Shown here in pieces: positions 49,920-59,054 of a stretch of DNA of 62,193 bases. Every line of letters starts with the position of its first letter. Position 1 is the stretch's first letter. Under the pieces are notes generated by a model. The model was not told the origin of the DNA, made no database searches, and saw only the letters and a program-made list of their open reading frames with translations. Made by a program: the position numbers and the translations under genes. Source of the DNA: a virus (taxonomy: Duplodnaviria; Caudoviricetes); the IMG/VR virus record IMGVR_UViG_3300027736_000047, positions 1-62,193 of that record. One strand, given 5' to 3'.

Positions 49920-50591
49920 ATGGCAAAATTTGGTGTAGATCCACATGGTCGTTGGGATAAAAACATTGCAGAATCTCAATTTAAAAGTCATGTAGACAAT
50001 ATTATAAATAAATACCGTGAAGCAACTCCAGCATTGCTTGAAGGGGGTCATCAATGGTATGCAAAAGCGCATGAAGAAGCAACCAAACTTGGTAAAGGTG
50101 ATACAAAACGTGGCGCAGGAATTATTGCGGCATTATCCCCATTAAGTGATTGGGATAGAAATGTTAGAGAAGCAAAAGAGTTAGTAAAGACTGGCGATGT
50201 TAAGAGCGCTCTTCTTCCAGCAAATGTTGCAAAGGCTCAAAGAATTCATGCAGGAGAACCACCAGAAGAAGTACTTGGTGGTCACAAAGTAACTAACTTT
50301 TTTCAAAATATACATGACCCAAGTAACACCTCACCAGTTACAATTGATCGTCATGCTTATGATATTGCAATGGGTAGACCATTTGCTGGAACAGGAAGAT
50401 CAAAAACTGCAGAAGATTTAAAAGTTCCAAGACAAACAGGAGTAATGTCTCAAGATTTAGGGTTAAGTTCAATGGGTCGATATCAACACTTTGTACATGC
50501 ATATCAACATGCCGCTGGCGAATTAGGGGTTGATGTTCCAAATAAAGCACAAGCAACTTCTTGGGTAACTCATAGAGGGGCAATAGGATGA
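49920..50591 (+). CDS. HhH-GPD DNA glycosylase-like protein (DUF7178-like)
   Basis: WY..A, AALSP...W..N, LGGHKVTNF, VTIDRH (Lys...Asp pair). Confidence 0.7.
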   Translation: MAKFGVDPHGRWDKNIAESQFKSHVDNIINKYREATPALLEGGHQWYAKAHEEATKLGKGDTKRGAGIIAALSPLSDWDRNVREAKELVKTGDVKSALLPANVAKAQRIHAGEPPEEVLGGHKVTNFFQNIHDPSNTSPVTIDRHAYDIAMGRPFAGTGRSKTAEDLKVPRQTGVMSQDLGLSSMGRYQHFVHAYQHAAGELGVDVPNKAQATSWVTHRGAIG

Positions 50592-50950
50592 CACAATCAG
50601 TTGATGGCGTGTATGACCACACCAAACCTTGGCGTGCTCCACTAAAACCTGATCAAGTAGCAAAACGGTATTCTTACAATGGTCCATGGGCATCAAACAT
50701 GGAGAGATTAACTCAACAGGCTCTAATGGTTATGGCTATTCCTGGAAAAGATATTCAAGAGATGGTTAGACCACCACTACCTCAGATTCAATTATTTCCA
50801 GAAAGGTATGGCTACGGAGATCGCAGTCAACCTGGTATTGATGACATTGTAACTATCGACAGAAAGTATGCCGAACCAAGAGTATCCTGGTTCTCTGGCG
50901 GTGTTGCTGGTTATCAAGCAGCCGAACGAAACGCACTAGGGAGTAACTGA
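50588..50950 (+). CDS. Hypothetical protein
   Basis: Coupled ORF. Confidence 0.65.
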   Translation: MTQSVDGVYDHTKPWRAPLKPDQVAKRYSYNGPWASNMERLTQQALMVMAIPGKDIQEMVRPPLPQIQLFPERYGYGDRSQPGIDDIVTIDRKYAEPRVSWFSGGVAGYQAAERNALGSN

Positions 50951-51207
50951 TGCCAACTATAGTTCCTGATCGTGGTAATGATCCAAAACGTGTTCCTGGT
51001 TCATACATGAGTTTAGTTAATAAAGCAAAAAGTCAAACTCCACATACTCCTTTATATGGAAAAGCCTTAAAAACTTGGTCAAATGAAACTATTACTGGTG
51101 GAGAAAATCCAAAATGGAAATGCGACGCTTGTGGTAAAAAAGGCGCAAGTGATTACATGCCTGGTGGGCGTATGTGTAACGGCTGTGCAGATGAAAGAGG
51201 GTTTTAA
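50950..51207 (+). CDS. Small zinc-finger protein (MPTIVPDRGND...)
   Basis: CDAC...CNGC. Confidence 0.7.
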   Translation: MPTIVPDRGNDPKRVPGSYMSLVNKAKSQTPHTPLYGKALKTWSNETITGGENPKWKCDACGKKGASDYMPGGRMCNGCADERGF

Positions 51208-51407
51208 TGGACGACGGGGATGGAATGATAACAATGGAGTTACAAGCCAAACAGATTGCAGAGAATGTTATGAATTATAATGGTTCAGCACCATGCCCTA
51301 CTTGTGGCGTTATCCTGAATCCAGTAGAGTTTATAGCAAATCGGGGTCACTGCATGTCCTGCTTAACTGACAGTAATTTACGAAAGATTAAGGGGAAAAT
51401 GGCATGA
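51207..51407 (+). CDS. Small zinc-finger protein
   Basis: CPTC...CMSC. Confidence 0.7.
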   Translation: MDDGDGMITMELQAKQIAENVMNYNGSAPCPTCGVILNPVEFIANRGHCMSCLTDSNLRKIKGKMA

Positions 51408-51604
51408 TGTTATTTAATGATCGTAGAAGAACTCGCATTCAGAGTGCTAAAGAACGACAAAGGGTACATAATTTAGTCAGGGACACAGGTGAATATATTT
51501 CTTCTCCAGAAGGAAAATTTCCTGCATCTCGCAAAGAGCAGTACTCTCAATCTGCTCAAGCGGTAGATACCGTAATTGAGGCAAACAGAAAGAAGAAGAA
51601 ATAA
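51404..51604 (+). CDS. Small basic protein (MMLFNDRRR...)
   Basis: Coupled ORF. Confidence 0.65.
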   Translation: MMLFNDRRRTRIQSAKERQRVHNLVRDTGEYISSPEGKFPASRKEQYSQSAQAVDTVIEANRKKKK

Positions 51605-51804
51605 TGGCCGTTAACTCCTCTCGTTCAATGAATAAGTCACTTGATGAAGGTGCAACAGATGGAAAGTATCGTAAGGCTCGTCCTGATACTGAAGTAGGTC
51701 CAGAGTCATCTGGTACTGAAGCAAATCGTCAAACACTTCATCCCTTTTATGGTTATGGATTTCAAACCTCTGAATACCCAAATAAGGTAAACCCAGGTAA
51801 GTAA
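51604..51804 (+). CDS. Small hypothetical protein
   Basis: Coupled ORF. Confidence 0.65.
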   Translation: MAVNSSRSMNKSLDEGATDGKYRKARPDTEVGPESSGTEANRQTLHPFYGYGFQTSEYPNKVNPGK

Positions 51805-51806
51805 TC

Positions 51807-51974
51807 GTGGCTAACACTGTTCCAGATCGTGCTAATGATTCTAAAAGAAAACCAAATAAAAATACGTCATGTTGGAATTGTGGAACTGAAGTAAACGAAG
51901 AAGAAGGCTACCATTTAGTTGGTGGTTCTCCTGTTTGCCCATCTTGCATGGAAGAACACGAAAGAGGTAAGTAG
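51807..51974 (+). CDS. Small zinc-finger protein (55 aa; not in ORF track)
   Basis: MANTVPDRANDSKRK...CWNC...CPSC; paralogous N-terminus to the 50950 ORF. Confidence 0.7.
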   Translation: MANTVPDRANDSKRKPNKNTSCWNCGTEVNEEEGYHLVGGSPVCPSCMEEHERGK

Positions 51975-51976
51975 TA

Positions 51977-52189
51977 ATGGAATTTAATGATCGTCGCAAG
52001 TACGTTGCTACACAACGTGATAAAGGCGTTCATGTTGAAGCAACTAATGACCGTAACGATGTTGGCGGGGCTATTTACCAAACTGATTCTAAAGAAAAAG
52101 CAATTAAGTTACATGCTGATCGTATAAAAGGAATGGCCTTTGCTCCACGAAATAAAAAACGGAGATCAAAAGGAAGGAACTACCTGTAA
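51977..52189 (+). CDS. Small basic protein (MEFNDRRK...)
   Basis: GAGGT RBS. Confidence 0.65.
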   Translation: MEFNDRRKYVATQRDKGVHVEATNDRNDVGGAIYQTDSKEKAIKLHADRIKGMAFAPRNKKRRSKGRNYL

Positions 52190-52191
52190 TT

Positions 52192-52482
52192 ATGGGAAGC
52201 ACACAAGCAGAGGGCTACGCTGCACACGATAAACAGTTTAAACGCAATGGTAGTGCTGGTCTTCTTGCTCACTTGCAAGGTAATCATTATCCACCAGTTC
52301 CAGCGTCAATGCTTGGACCATCAAAACGTGCTATTAGTGCTGTAAATAAAGGTAAACATGATTCAAATATTAAACTTCCAGAAGGTATTTTGTATAAAGG
52401 TAAAAAATCTGCACCAGCATCTGCAATTGTTGAAGCACACCACCTACATGCGTGGTTAAACCCAGATCAATTTCAGGATTAG
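52192..52482 (+). CDS. Hypothetical His-rich protein
   Basis: HLQGNHYPPVP and IVEAHHL.AW motifs. Confidence 0.7.
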   Translation: MGSTQAEGYAAHDKQFKRNGSAGLLAHLQGNHYPPVPASMLGPSKRAISAVNKGKHDSNIKLPEGILYKGKKSAPASAIVEAHHLHAWLNPDQFQD

Positions 52483-52484
52483 TT

Positions 52485-52844
52485 ATGAATAAACCACAGA
52501 GACTTGATAAAACAACTAGAGCAAAAGCCCCAGACTTTATTTCAAGTAAAATGCCTTTTCAAGCATCAGCATTATCAGGTGTAGAAGGTACAACTGGTCC
52601 TGGTCTTATGTCAGATGATGAAACTCGTGAGTATCGCAAGTCAAATCCAACATACACAGTACGTTCTTATGGAACGCCAATCGCATGGCACGGAGATGCT
52701 GGTTGGCAGCAATCAACTACAAAGTATTCCTCTACCACTTCTCGCCATCAAAGCATTGTAAAGCGTGCATTAAATGATCATTTTCAAAGTGGTCATGACA
52801 ATGCAAAGAATCCAGACTACGGCCTACCTCTTGGCGAAAAGTAA
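52485..52844 (+). CDS. Hypothetical phage protein
   Basis: Y.V.SYGTPIAW...GW.....YS.TTSRHQ, a pattern common in phages. Confidence 0.7.
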   Translation: MNKPQRLDKTTRAKAPDFISSKMPFQASALSGVEGTTGPGLMSDDETREYRKSNPTYTVRSYGTPIAWHGDAGWQQSTTKYSSTTSRHQSIVKRALNDHFQSGHDNAKNPDYGLPLGEK

Positions 52845-53007
52845 AAGCGGTGGGGGTCGTAATGACTCTCGTAAATGCGGTAAAGCAAACAAAAAACGCC
52901 CAAAGTCAAATGTAAACAAGGGTAAATCCTGTTGCGGATATTCATTTAACCGTACAGATCGTTTAGATCATAATCAAAGTCATCGTAAAATAGCCACAGC
53001 AGCCTAA
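52831..53007 (+). CDS. Small basic protein (MAKSKSGGGRNDSRK...)
   Basis: TTG start overlapping previous gene; CC...H...H. Confidence 0.5.
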   Translation: MAKSKSGGGRNDSRKCGKANKKRPKSNVNKGKSCCGYSFNRTDRLDHNQSHRKIATAA

Positions 53008-53043
53008 ATAGGCTAGGCTACACGGACTACCACAAGGAGCACT

Positions 53044-53592
53044 ATGAGTAACATACCCATTCTTGGTGAAAAGAAAACAGATAATGAACCAATGTTTCGT
53101 TTGTTGTTTTGTCTTGTCTGTCAAACATTAGAAGAGTTACCACCATACGATGGTGTTCCAGAACAAGATTATTTATTGACTGTTGCTTGTGAGAACCACG
53201 TATTTCCTTCTGGTGAACCACACAAAGGTAAATTATTTGTATTACCTCTACGGGTTTGGGCTAAATCTGAATCTAAAAAAGAAATTATTCGCCAGATTAA
53301 AGGTGGAGGATCTGCTGGTTTAGCAGAGATTGATGATACCTTTTATGACTCACGTTCCATATTTATGGATGATGCAATGACTTGTTATAAACGTCATAAC
53401 AAACCTGCCGATGGCTGCACTGACTGGCATGCCAGAGATAAGATGCTAGTTCCAAAAACTGTAAAAGAACGTGAAGCAGAAGGCATGGAAAAGTATGAAG
53501 AATCTCCAGGAGCAAAGACTTACTTATGTGATTTTTGTCCAGTAGCCATAGGTGTAGCAAAACGTAAACAACAATTGATGGGATTAAAATAG
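53044..53592 (+). CDS. Cys-rich metal-binding protein
   Basis: CLVC, C..H, C...H...C, CDFCP; AAGGAG RBS. Confidence 0.7.
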   Translation: MSNIPILGEKKTDNEPMFRLLFCLVCQTLEELPPYDGVPEQDYLLTVACENHVFPSGEPHKGKLFVLPLRVWAKSESKKEIIRQIKGGGSAGLAEIDDTFYDSRSIFMDDAMTCYKRHNKPADGCTDWHARDKMLVPKTVKEREAEGMEKYEESPGAKTYLCDFCPVAIGVAKRKQQLMGLK

Positions 53593-53879
53593 TGACTGAT
53601 AATCAAATTAAAACAGCCTTTACTGTAGGAATTAGACTTGATGGAAGTATTTTTACCGAAATATTGGAAACAAATGATGTAATTACTCAAAAGGCAACTA
53701 CTTTTGATATTTATCAAAGTTGTAAAGAAATAGTTTCTGACATTGATAGTCAATTACTTGCTGAAAGAGTAGCACGTACTGTAGTTGCTAGCCTACAACC
53801 AAGGGATAGCGCTACAGAACTTAAAGAAAAGTTGCTAAATGCACTAAGTGATAGAGGCATAGATACCCCACAATCCTAA
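53592..53879 (+). CDS. Hypothetical protein
   Basis: Coupled ORF. Confidence 0.6.
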   Translation: MTDNQIKTAFTVGIRLDGSIFTEILETNDVITQKATTFDIYQSCKEIVSDIDSQLLAERVARTVVASLQPRDSATELKEKLLNALSDRGIDTPQS

Positions 53880-53892
53880 ATAGACATAGACT

Positions 53893-54837
53893 ATGTCTAT
53901 GAATCATTTAGGTGGATTAGAGAATTATGTGGGACCTCTCCAACTAGAGGGATTTGCCACATCCTATTTTTCTGCCCCAGAACAAGAGTTAGATCAACAA
54001 CTCTTTACTAATACAACTTTAAAGGGTTGGGTTCGTAATGGTTTATTACAAAAACTTTATGACTTTTTAAATGCAGTTTATCGTCATCCTGACACTTGGA
54101 CAGTTGTTTGGTTGGCTGGATCTGCAGTTTCTTTCCAATGGGCAGCAGACCGTGAGCCTGGTGACTTAGATGTTTTAATTGGAATTGATTATATACAGTT
54201 TAGAAAAGCCCACCCAGAATATTTAGGTTTATCGGATGTAGAAATTAGTAAAATGTTAAATGAAGATTTTAGAGAAAATCTTCAACCAGAAATGAAAGAT
54301 TGGAATGGGTTTGAAGTTACTTTTTATGTAAATCCTGGTGCAACAGATATTAGAACTATTCAACCTTATGCTGCTTATGATTTAACTCATAATGAATGGA
54401 CTGTTTTTCCAAAACATGAAGGAGCCCAAACTAATCCAGCATGGGAATCTGCAGCACAAAAAGATCGTTCAATGGCATCTGATATTGTAATGCGTTACTC
54501 ACAAGCCCTAACTGAGTTACAAAATTCTAAAAATGATGCTGCTCGTCGTAATGCGGAATCTAAGTTACAGAGTGCATTAACTCAGGGATCAGCCCTCTTT
54601 GAAGATATACATCACTCTCGTAAGTATGCCTTTAGTAAAGAAGGTAAAGGTTATGATGATTTTTATAATTATAGATGGCAGGCTGGTAAAAAATATGGAA
54701 CAGTTCCAACCCTACGAAAGATGGCAGAGTATTTGAAATCTTATAAAACAAAACAAGCAGATGAAACTTATGGAATTGACTTACCTGATACACAAACACT
54801 AATAAGAAGAGCGGCGACATACCGAGCAAAGGGATAA
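53893..54837 (+). CDS. Pol-beta-superfamily nucleotidyltransferase
   Basis: LAGS...GDLDVLIG...FEVTFY; true start may be the second ATG (53899), 6 nt after TAGACT. Confidence 0.8.
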   Translation: MSMNHLGGLENYVGPLQLEGFATSYFSAPEQELDQQLFTNTTLKGWVRNGLLQKLYDFLNAVYRHPDTWTVVWLAGSAVSFQWAADREPGDLDVLIGIDYIQFRKAHPEYLGLSDVEISKMLNEDFRENLQPEMKDWNGFEVTFYVNPGATDIRTIQPYAAYDLTHNEWTVFPKHEGAQTNPAWESAAQKDRSMASDIVMRYSQALTELQNSKNDAARRNAESKLQSALTQGSALFEDIHHSRKYAFSKEGKGYDDFYNYRWQAGKKYGTVPTLRKMAEYLKSYKTKQADETYGIDLPDTQTLIRRAATYRAKG

Positions 54838-55326
54838 ATGAATATACTTGTATCACTAGACGGCGTACTTAGTTCGGACACAGGAGAACCAATCCGAGCA
54901 GGAGTAATGCTTTATTATGCTTTAAATTTAAATAACAGAGTGGCTCTTGTGACCTCAAGGAAGACTGAGGATGCAGAGCATTGGCTTCAATCCCATGGAA
55001 TCATCAACTATGATGATTTAATTGATTATTCTTTTAACCTTGAAGGTGAAGATTTAAAGAAACGTCAGTTTGTTATGAGCCGCAGTCGTGCTCCTATTGA
55101 GATGTATGTAGATGCTGATCCTGCTATGTGTGCGTGGGTATTTGAACAACAGGGTATCCCAGCCATTGTGTTTATGAATCCAGGGTATTTGGCTGTAGAA
55201 CATCGTCCCGATGCTCCTAAAAAGGTAAGAACATGGAATCAAATTGAAGAATCAATAAATAGAGTTAATGTTGCTAGATCAAAGGACGCAGCCAACCCAA
55301 AGGAACTAGAGTTCTGGGATGACTAA
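54838..55326 (+). CDS. HAD-superfamily-like protein (first Asp absent)
   Basis: ILVSLDGVL, LVTSR, WL, K, YVDAD. Confidence 0.75.
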   Translation: MNILVSLDGVLSSDTGEPIRAGVMLYYALNLNNRVALVTSRKTEDAEHWLQSHGIINYDDLIDYSFNLEGEDLKKRQFVMSRSRAPIEMYVDADPAMCAWVFEQQGIPAIVFMNPGYLAVEHRPDAPKKVRTWNQIEESINRVNVARSKDAANPKELEFWDD

Positions 55327-56824
55327 ACTTATATTTTCAGGTACTGAAGTTGGTTCCAATCGTACTTTGTTAGAAGGTATGAAAGTTGAGTCAATGGGAC
55401 TCAACTATTGGGGTCTTAGAAAACGTGGATTACCAAAGACAAAGTTATGGCTTATAAGCGAACACTTTACTCCAGAGACTCAAGTGTATGTTGAATCAGG
55501 CGCTGCCCAAGCAGACAAGGCTGGTTTATCAAAAGATGAGTTACTTGATTTAGCCGCAGACTATCAAGAGTTCCTAGTTAATAACGCAGACAGAGCCACA
55601 GCATTTCAAGAGTTTGATTCTTTAATTTTAGGCTTAGACTGGGTAGAAAAACAACGCCCCTTTTTCAGTAACGATCCAAAACTATGGGTAGTATGGCATC
55701 AAGAATACGGATTACCAACATTGAAAGAGATGTCACAGACGTATGGCAATGTCCTACTTCCTCACGCTGAGATTGAAGAGATAACTAACTTGGCGGCGGT
55801 CACCAGGAGTTACTCAAAGGAGTTTGGAACTAAGTACCATGCCCTTGGATGTGCTAAGCCAGACAATCTGAGACAGATACCATTTGTCACTGCCAGCACA
55901 TTGTCATGGCTATCGCCCATGAGAAGAGGAGAAACTATTATCTGGGATGGCACTAAGTTAGTGCGTTATCCAAAGAGAATGAAAGATCAAGCACGACCTA
56001 GATACAAGGCAATTGTGGAGAAGGCTGGACTAGACTATTTAGAGTTTGTACAAGATAGTGGAGTGGAATCAACTAAGGTTGCAGTCTGGTCATACAAGCG
56101 ATTAGAGGAATCAATGGACAAGAAAAGCCCTAATTTTCACATCATAAACGGTGGTAAGGGAGAGAAGTTATCTGATAATAGCGATGAGTTGTTAACAGGT
56201 CTTATGGGATTTGAAACCCCGTCATCTGATAACAGTGCTGTAGAAGTGCGGAAAGTTTCTGCCAGTGAAGTTGTGCAAAGAGATCCATCAGAGATTCAAA
56301 ACTTACCTGTCTTTGGGTATAAGATGAAGACAATAGTTGAAACTGATGAAGAAGGAAAGGATGTTCTTAAAGATGTTCCAATTATTAATAACCAGCACTC
56401 GTCACTTCGTCAATGCAATACCTGCTTTGTTGCCTCGAATTGTCCTGCTTTCAAACCTGACAATAGTTGTGCTTTCAACTTACCCGTTGAAGTAAAGACT
56501 AAAGATCAACTAAAGGCTTTACTTAACGCAATTATTGAAATGCAGGGCCAAAGAGTTGCTTTCATGCGTTTTGCAGAAGAAATGAATGGCGGATATGCTG
56601 ATCCCAATGTATCTCAAGAAATTGATCGTTTGTTTAAACTTGTTGGTAATTTAAAAGAATTAGAAGAAAATCGAGAGTTTGTTCGTATTACCGCAGAGCG
56701 TCAAAGTTCTGGCGGAGTTCTTTCTGCCATCTTTGGAGATCGAGCACAAGCACTTCGTGAACTACCCGATACTCTTAAAGAAGATACAGTAACAAAAATT
56801 ATTCAGCAATCAATAGAAGATTAG
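55319..56824 (+). CDS. TGT/DpdA-like TIM-barrel protein fused to a Cys4 plus helical C-terminal domain
   Basis: VESGA, VWH, HALG, F.TASTLSW resemble DSGA/HxLG/DSSSW; CNTC.....CP.......C. Confidence 0.6.
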   Translation: MTKLIFSGTEVGSNRTLLEGMKVESMGLNYWGLRKRGLPKTKLWLISEHFTPETQVYVESGAAQADKAGLSKDELLDLAADYQEFLVNNADRATAFQEFDSLILGLDWVEKQRPFFSNDPKLWVVWHQEYGLPTLKEMSQTYGNVLLPHAEIEEITNLAAVTRSYSKEFGTKYHALGCAKPDNLRQIPFVTASTLSWLSPMRRGETIIWDGTKLVRYPKRMKDQARPRYKAIVEKAGLDYLEFVQDSGVESTKVAVWSYKRLEESMDKKSPNFHIINGGKGEKLSDNSDELLTGLMGFETPSSDNSAVEVRKVSASEVVQRDPSEIQNLPVFGYKMKTIVETDEEGKDVLKDVPIINNQHSSLRQCNTCFVASNCPAFKPDNSCAFNLPVEVKTKDQLKALLNAIIEMQGQRVAFMRFAEEMNGGYADPNVSQEIDRLFKLVGNLKELEENREFVRITAERQSSGGVLSAIFGDRAQALRELPDTLKEDTVTKIIQQSIED

Positions 56825-56836
56825 TTATCTGATAAC
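56167..56836. repeat. Three copies of palindrome GT(T/C)ATCTGATAA(C/T)
   Basis: 56167-56179, 56221-56233, 56824-56836, each followed by AG. Confidence 0.7.
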
Positions 56837-56995
56837 AGCAGGTGGAGAGTAGTGGATCATAGTGGAGGCAACTTTACCCTTTATCCTTTCTATAAGTAGT
56901 AAAGAAAGTTAACACATATGTGATAGGTTAACACCCGTCACAATACGCATTCCCATTGAGGGGTATTTGCATTCAATCAAAGATGGTAGGGGTTT

Positions 56996-59035
56996 ATGAG
57001 TCTTTTTTCTTTTAAGTTAGCCGAAGAATTTGTTACACCGTATAGAGCAAAGAAAGCGCCATTTGGTTATCAAGATGCAGCGGGAAATTCGGTAGGTGAA
57101 ATTACTTTTCTTAGAACCTATTCACGACTTAAGCCAGATGGTACTAAAGAGACATGGGTAGACGTCTGCGAGAGAGTCATCAATGGAATGTACTCACTAC
57201 AAAAAGATCACGCTAAAACTAATCGTCTTCCATGGTCAGATGCCAAGGCAGCCTCATCTGCTAAAGAGGCATTTGATCGTCTATGGAACTTGAAATGGTC
57301 ACCACCTGGCCGTGGTCTATGGGTAATGGGAACTTCAATCGTTAACTCTCAGCGTAACTCAGCAGCCCTACAGAACTGTGCCTTTGTATCTACCGCATCC
57401 ATGACTAAGACTGATCCAGCCAAGCCTTTTGCGTTTTTAATGGAGGCGAGTATGCTTGGGGTTGGAGTTGGATTCGACGATAGGGGCGCCGATAAAGACT
57501 TTACAATCTACGAACCGCAAGAGGGGGAACCATATGTCATTCCAGATACCAGAGAAGGCTGGGTCGAATCAACAGCAATCTTACTTAACGCTTACCTACG
57601 CCCAGATTCTAAGTCTCCTACCTTCGACTATTCGCTTATCCGTAATGCGGGCGAACCAATTAAAACTTTCGGAGGAACAGCAGCAGGTCCAGAACCGCTC
57701 ATTAAGTTACATCATTACATCGATGGAATCTTCAAGCAACGTGCTGGTGAGAAACTTACCCGCACTGATATCGCTGATATTGGGAATCTCATTGGGGTTT
57801 GTGTTGTTTCTGGTAATGTTCGGCGGTCTGCTGAATTACTTATTGGTCGAATTGATGATCCTAATTTCTTAAATTTAAAAAATCCTGAAGCATTTCCAGA
57901 GCGTAACTCTTATGATCCAACAAAACCTGGTTGGGCATGGATGTCAAACAACTCTGTATCAGTTAATGTGGGAGATAACTTAGACACAATAATTGATGGT
58001 ATTGCTCGTAATGGTGAGCCAGGAGTTGTCTGGATGGATATCTCTAGGAAGTATGGCCGACTGGCTGATCCTGAGAATAATAAAGACTGGCGCATTATGG
58101 GGTACAACCCGTGTGCTGAACAATCTTTAGAGTCATATGAATGCTGTACTTTGGTTGAAACCTATCTTAATCGTCACGAAGATATTGATGACTTTAAGAG
58201 AACTTTAAAGTTTGCTTACCTATATGCAAAGACTGTGACTCTGCTTCCTACTCACTGGGAAGAAACTAACGCAATTATGCAAAGAAATCGTCGCATTGGA
58301 ACCTCTGTATCTGGTGTAGCAAACTTTGCCGATAACAAGGGTCTTCCAACTCTTCGTCTATGGATGGATGAAGGATATAAAGTTATTAAGAGTTACGACA
58401 ATACTTACTCAGAGTGGCTAGGTATTCGTGAGTCTATAAAGATGACTACAGTTAAACCAAGTGGAACAGTTAGCATCTTGGCAGGTGAATCACCTGGAGT
58501 TCACTGGACTGTTGGTGGTGCCTACTTTAATCGTGCTATTCGTTTTGCTAACTCTGATCCAATGCTTCCTTTGTTTAAGTTGGCTAACTATCGAGTAGAA
58601 CCAGCAAGTGAATCTCCTGATACAACTTCTGTTGTTTTCTTTCCAATTAAATCAAAGGCTAAACGTTCTGAAAAAGATGTAAGTATTTATGAAAAGATGG
58701 CACTTGCTGCTACTGCACAAAGATACTGGTCAGATAATTCTGTGTCTGTAACTATTTCTTTTGATCCAGAAACAGAGTCCTCGGCTATTGGTACGGCTTT
58801 GCATATGTACGATGGACAACTTAAAACTGTGTCTTTTTTACCTTCTGGTAATGCTACCTATCCTCAGATGCCTTACACTCAAATTACTGCTGAAGAGTAT
58901 GAAGCAGAAGGAACTATGAAATTATTTCCTATTGATCTGTCTGGTGTTTACGCTGGTATGGCTGCTGATGCTATTGGTGAGGCTTACTGCACAACTGATG
59001 CTTGCGAAGTTAGGTTAATTAAAGACAATCAATAA
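56996..59035 (+). CDS. nrdJ: Class II (B12-dependent) ribonucleotide reductase, monomeric RTPR type
   Basis: RTYSR, PPGRGLW, LQNC, GNVRRSA, NPCAEQ.L...CCTL, TTVKPSGT, C-terminal CTTDAC. Confidence 0.95.
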   Translation: MSLFSFKLAEEFVTPYRAKKAPFGYQDAAGNSVGEITFLRTYSRLKPDGTKETWVDVCERVINGMYSLQKDHAKTNRLPWSDAKAASSAKEAFDRLWNLKWSPPGRGLWVMGTSIVNSQRNSAALQNCAFVSTASMTKTDPAKPFAFLMEASMLGVGVGFDDRGADKDFTIYEPQEGEPYVIPDTREGWVESTAILLNAYLRPDSKSPTFDYSLIRNAGEPIKTFGGTAAGPEPLIKLHHYIDGIFKQRAGEKLTRTDIADIGNLIGVCVVSGNVRRSAELLIGRIDDPNFLNLKNPEAFPERNSYDPTKPGWAWMSNNSVSVNVGDNLDTIIDGIARNGEPGVVWMDISRKYGRLADPENNKDWRIMGYNPCAEQSLESYECCTLVETYLNRHEDIDDFKRTLKFAYLYAKTVTLLPTHWEETNAIMQRNRRIGTSVSGVANFADNKGLPTLRLWMDEGYKVIKSYDNTYSEWLGIRESIKMTTVKPSGTVSILAGESPGVHWTVGGAYFNRAIRFANSDPMLPLFKLANYRVEPASESPDTTSVVFFPIKSKAKRSEKDVSIYEKMALAATAQRYWSDNSVSVTISFDPETESSAIGTALHMYDGQLKTVSFLPSGNATYPQMPYTQITAEEYEAEGTMKLFPIDLSGVYAGMAADAIGEAYCTTDACEVRLIKDNQ

Positions 59036-59054
59036 CCTTTTGGTATTGCTTTGC

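Noticed and set aside
56909-56925. CACATATGTG palindrome as an NrdR box upstream of nrdJ
   Set aside because: Spacing is shorter than the 16-bp NrdR consensus and there is only one copy
40612-59035. Inteins or introns in polA, recA or nrdJ
   Set aside because: Lengths are normal, frames are uninterrupted, and no intein junction motifs were seen
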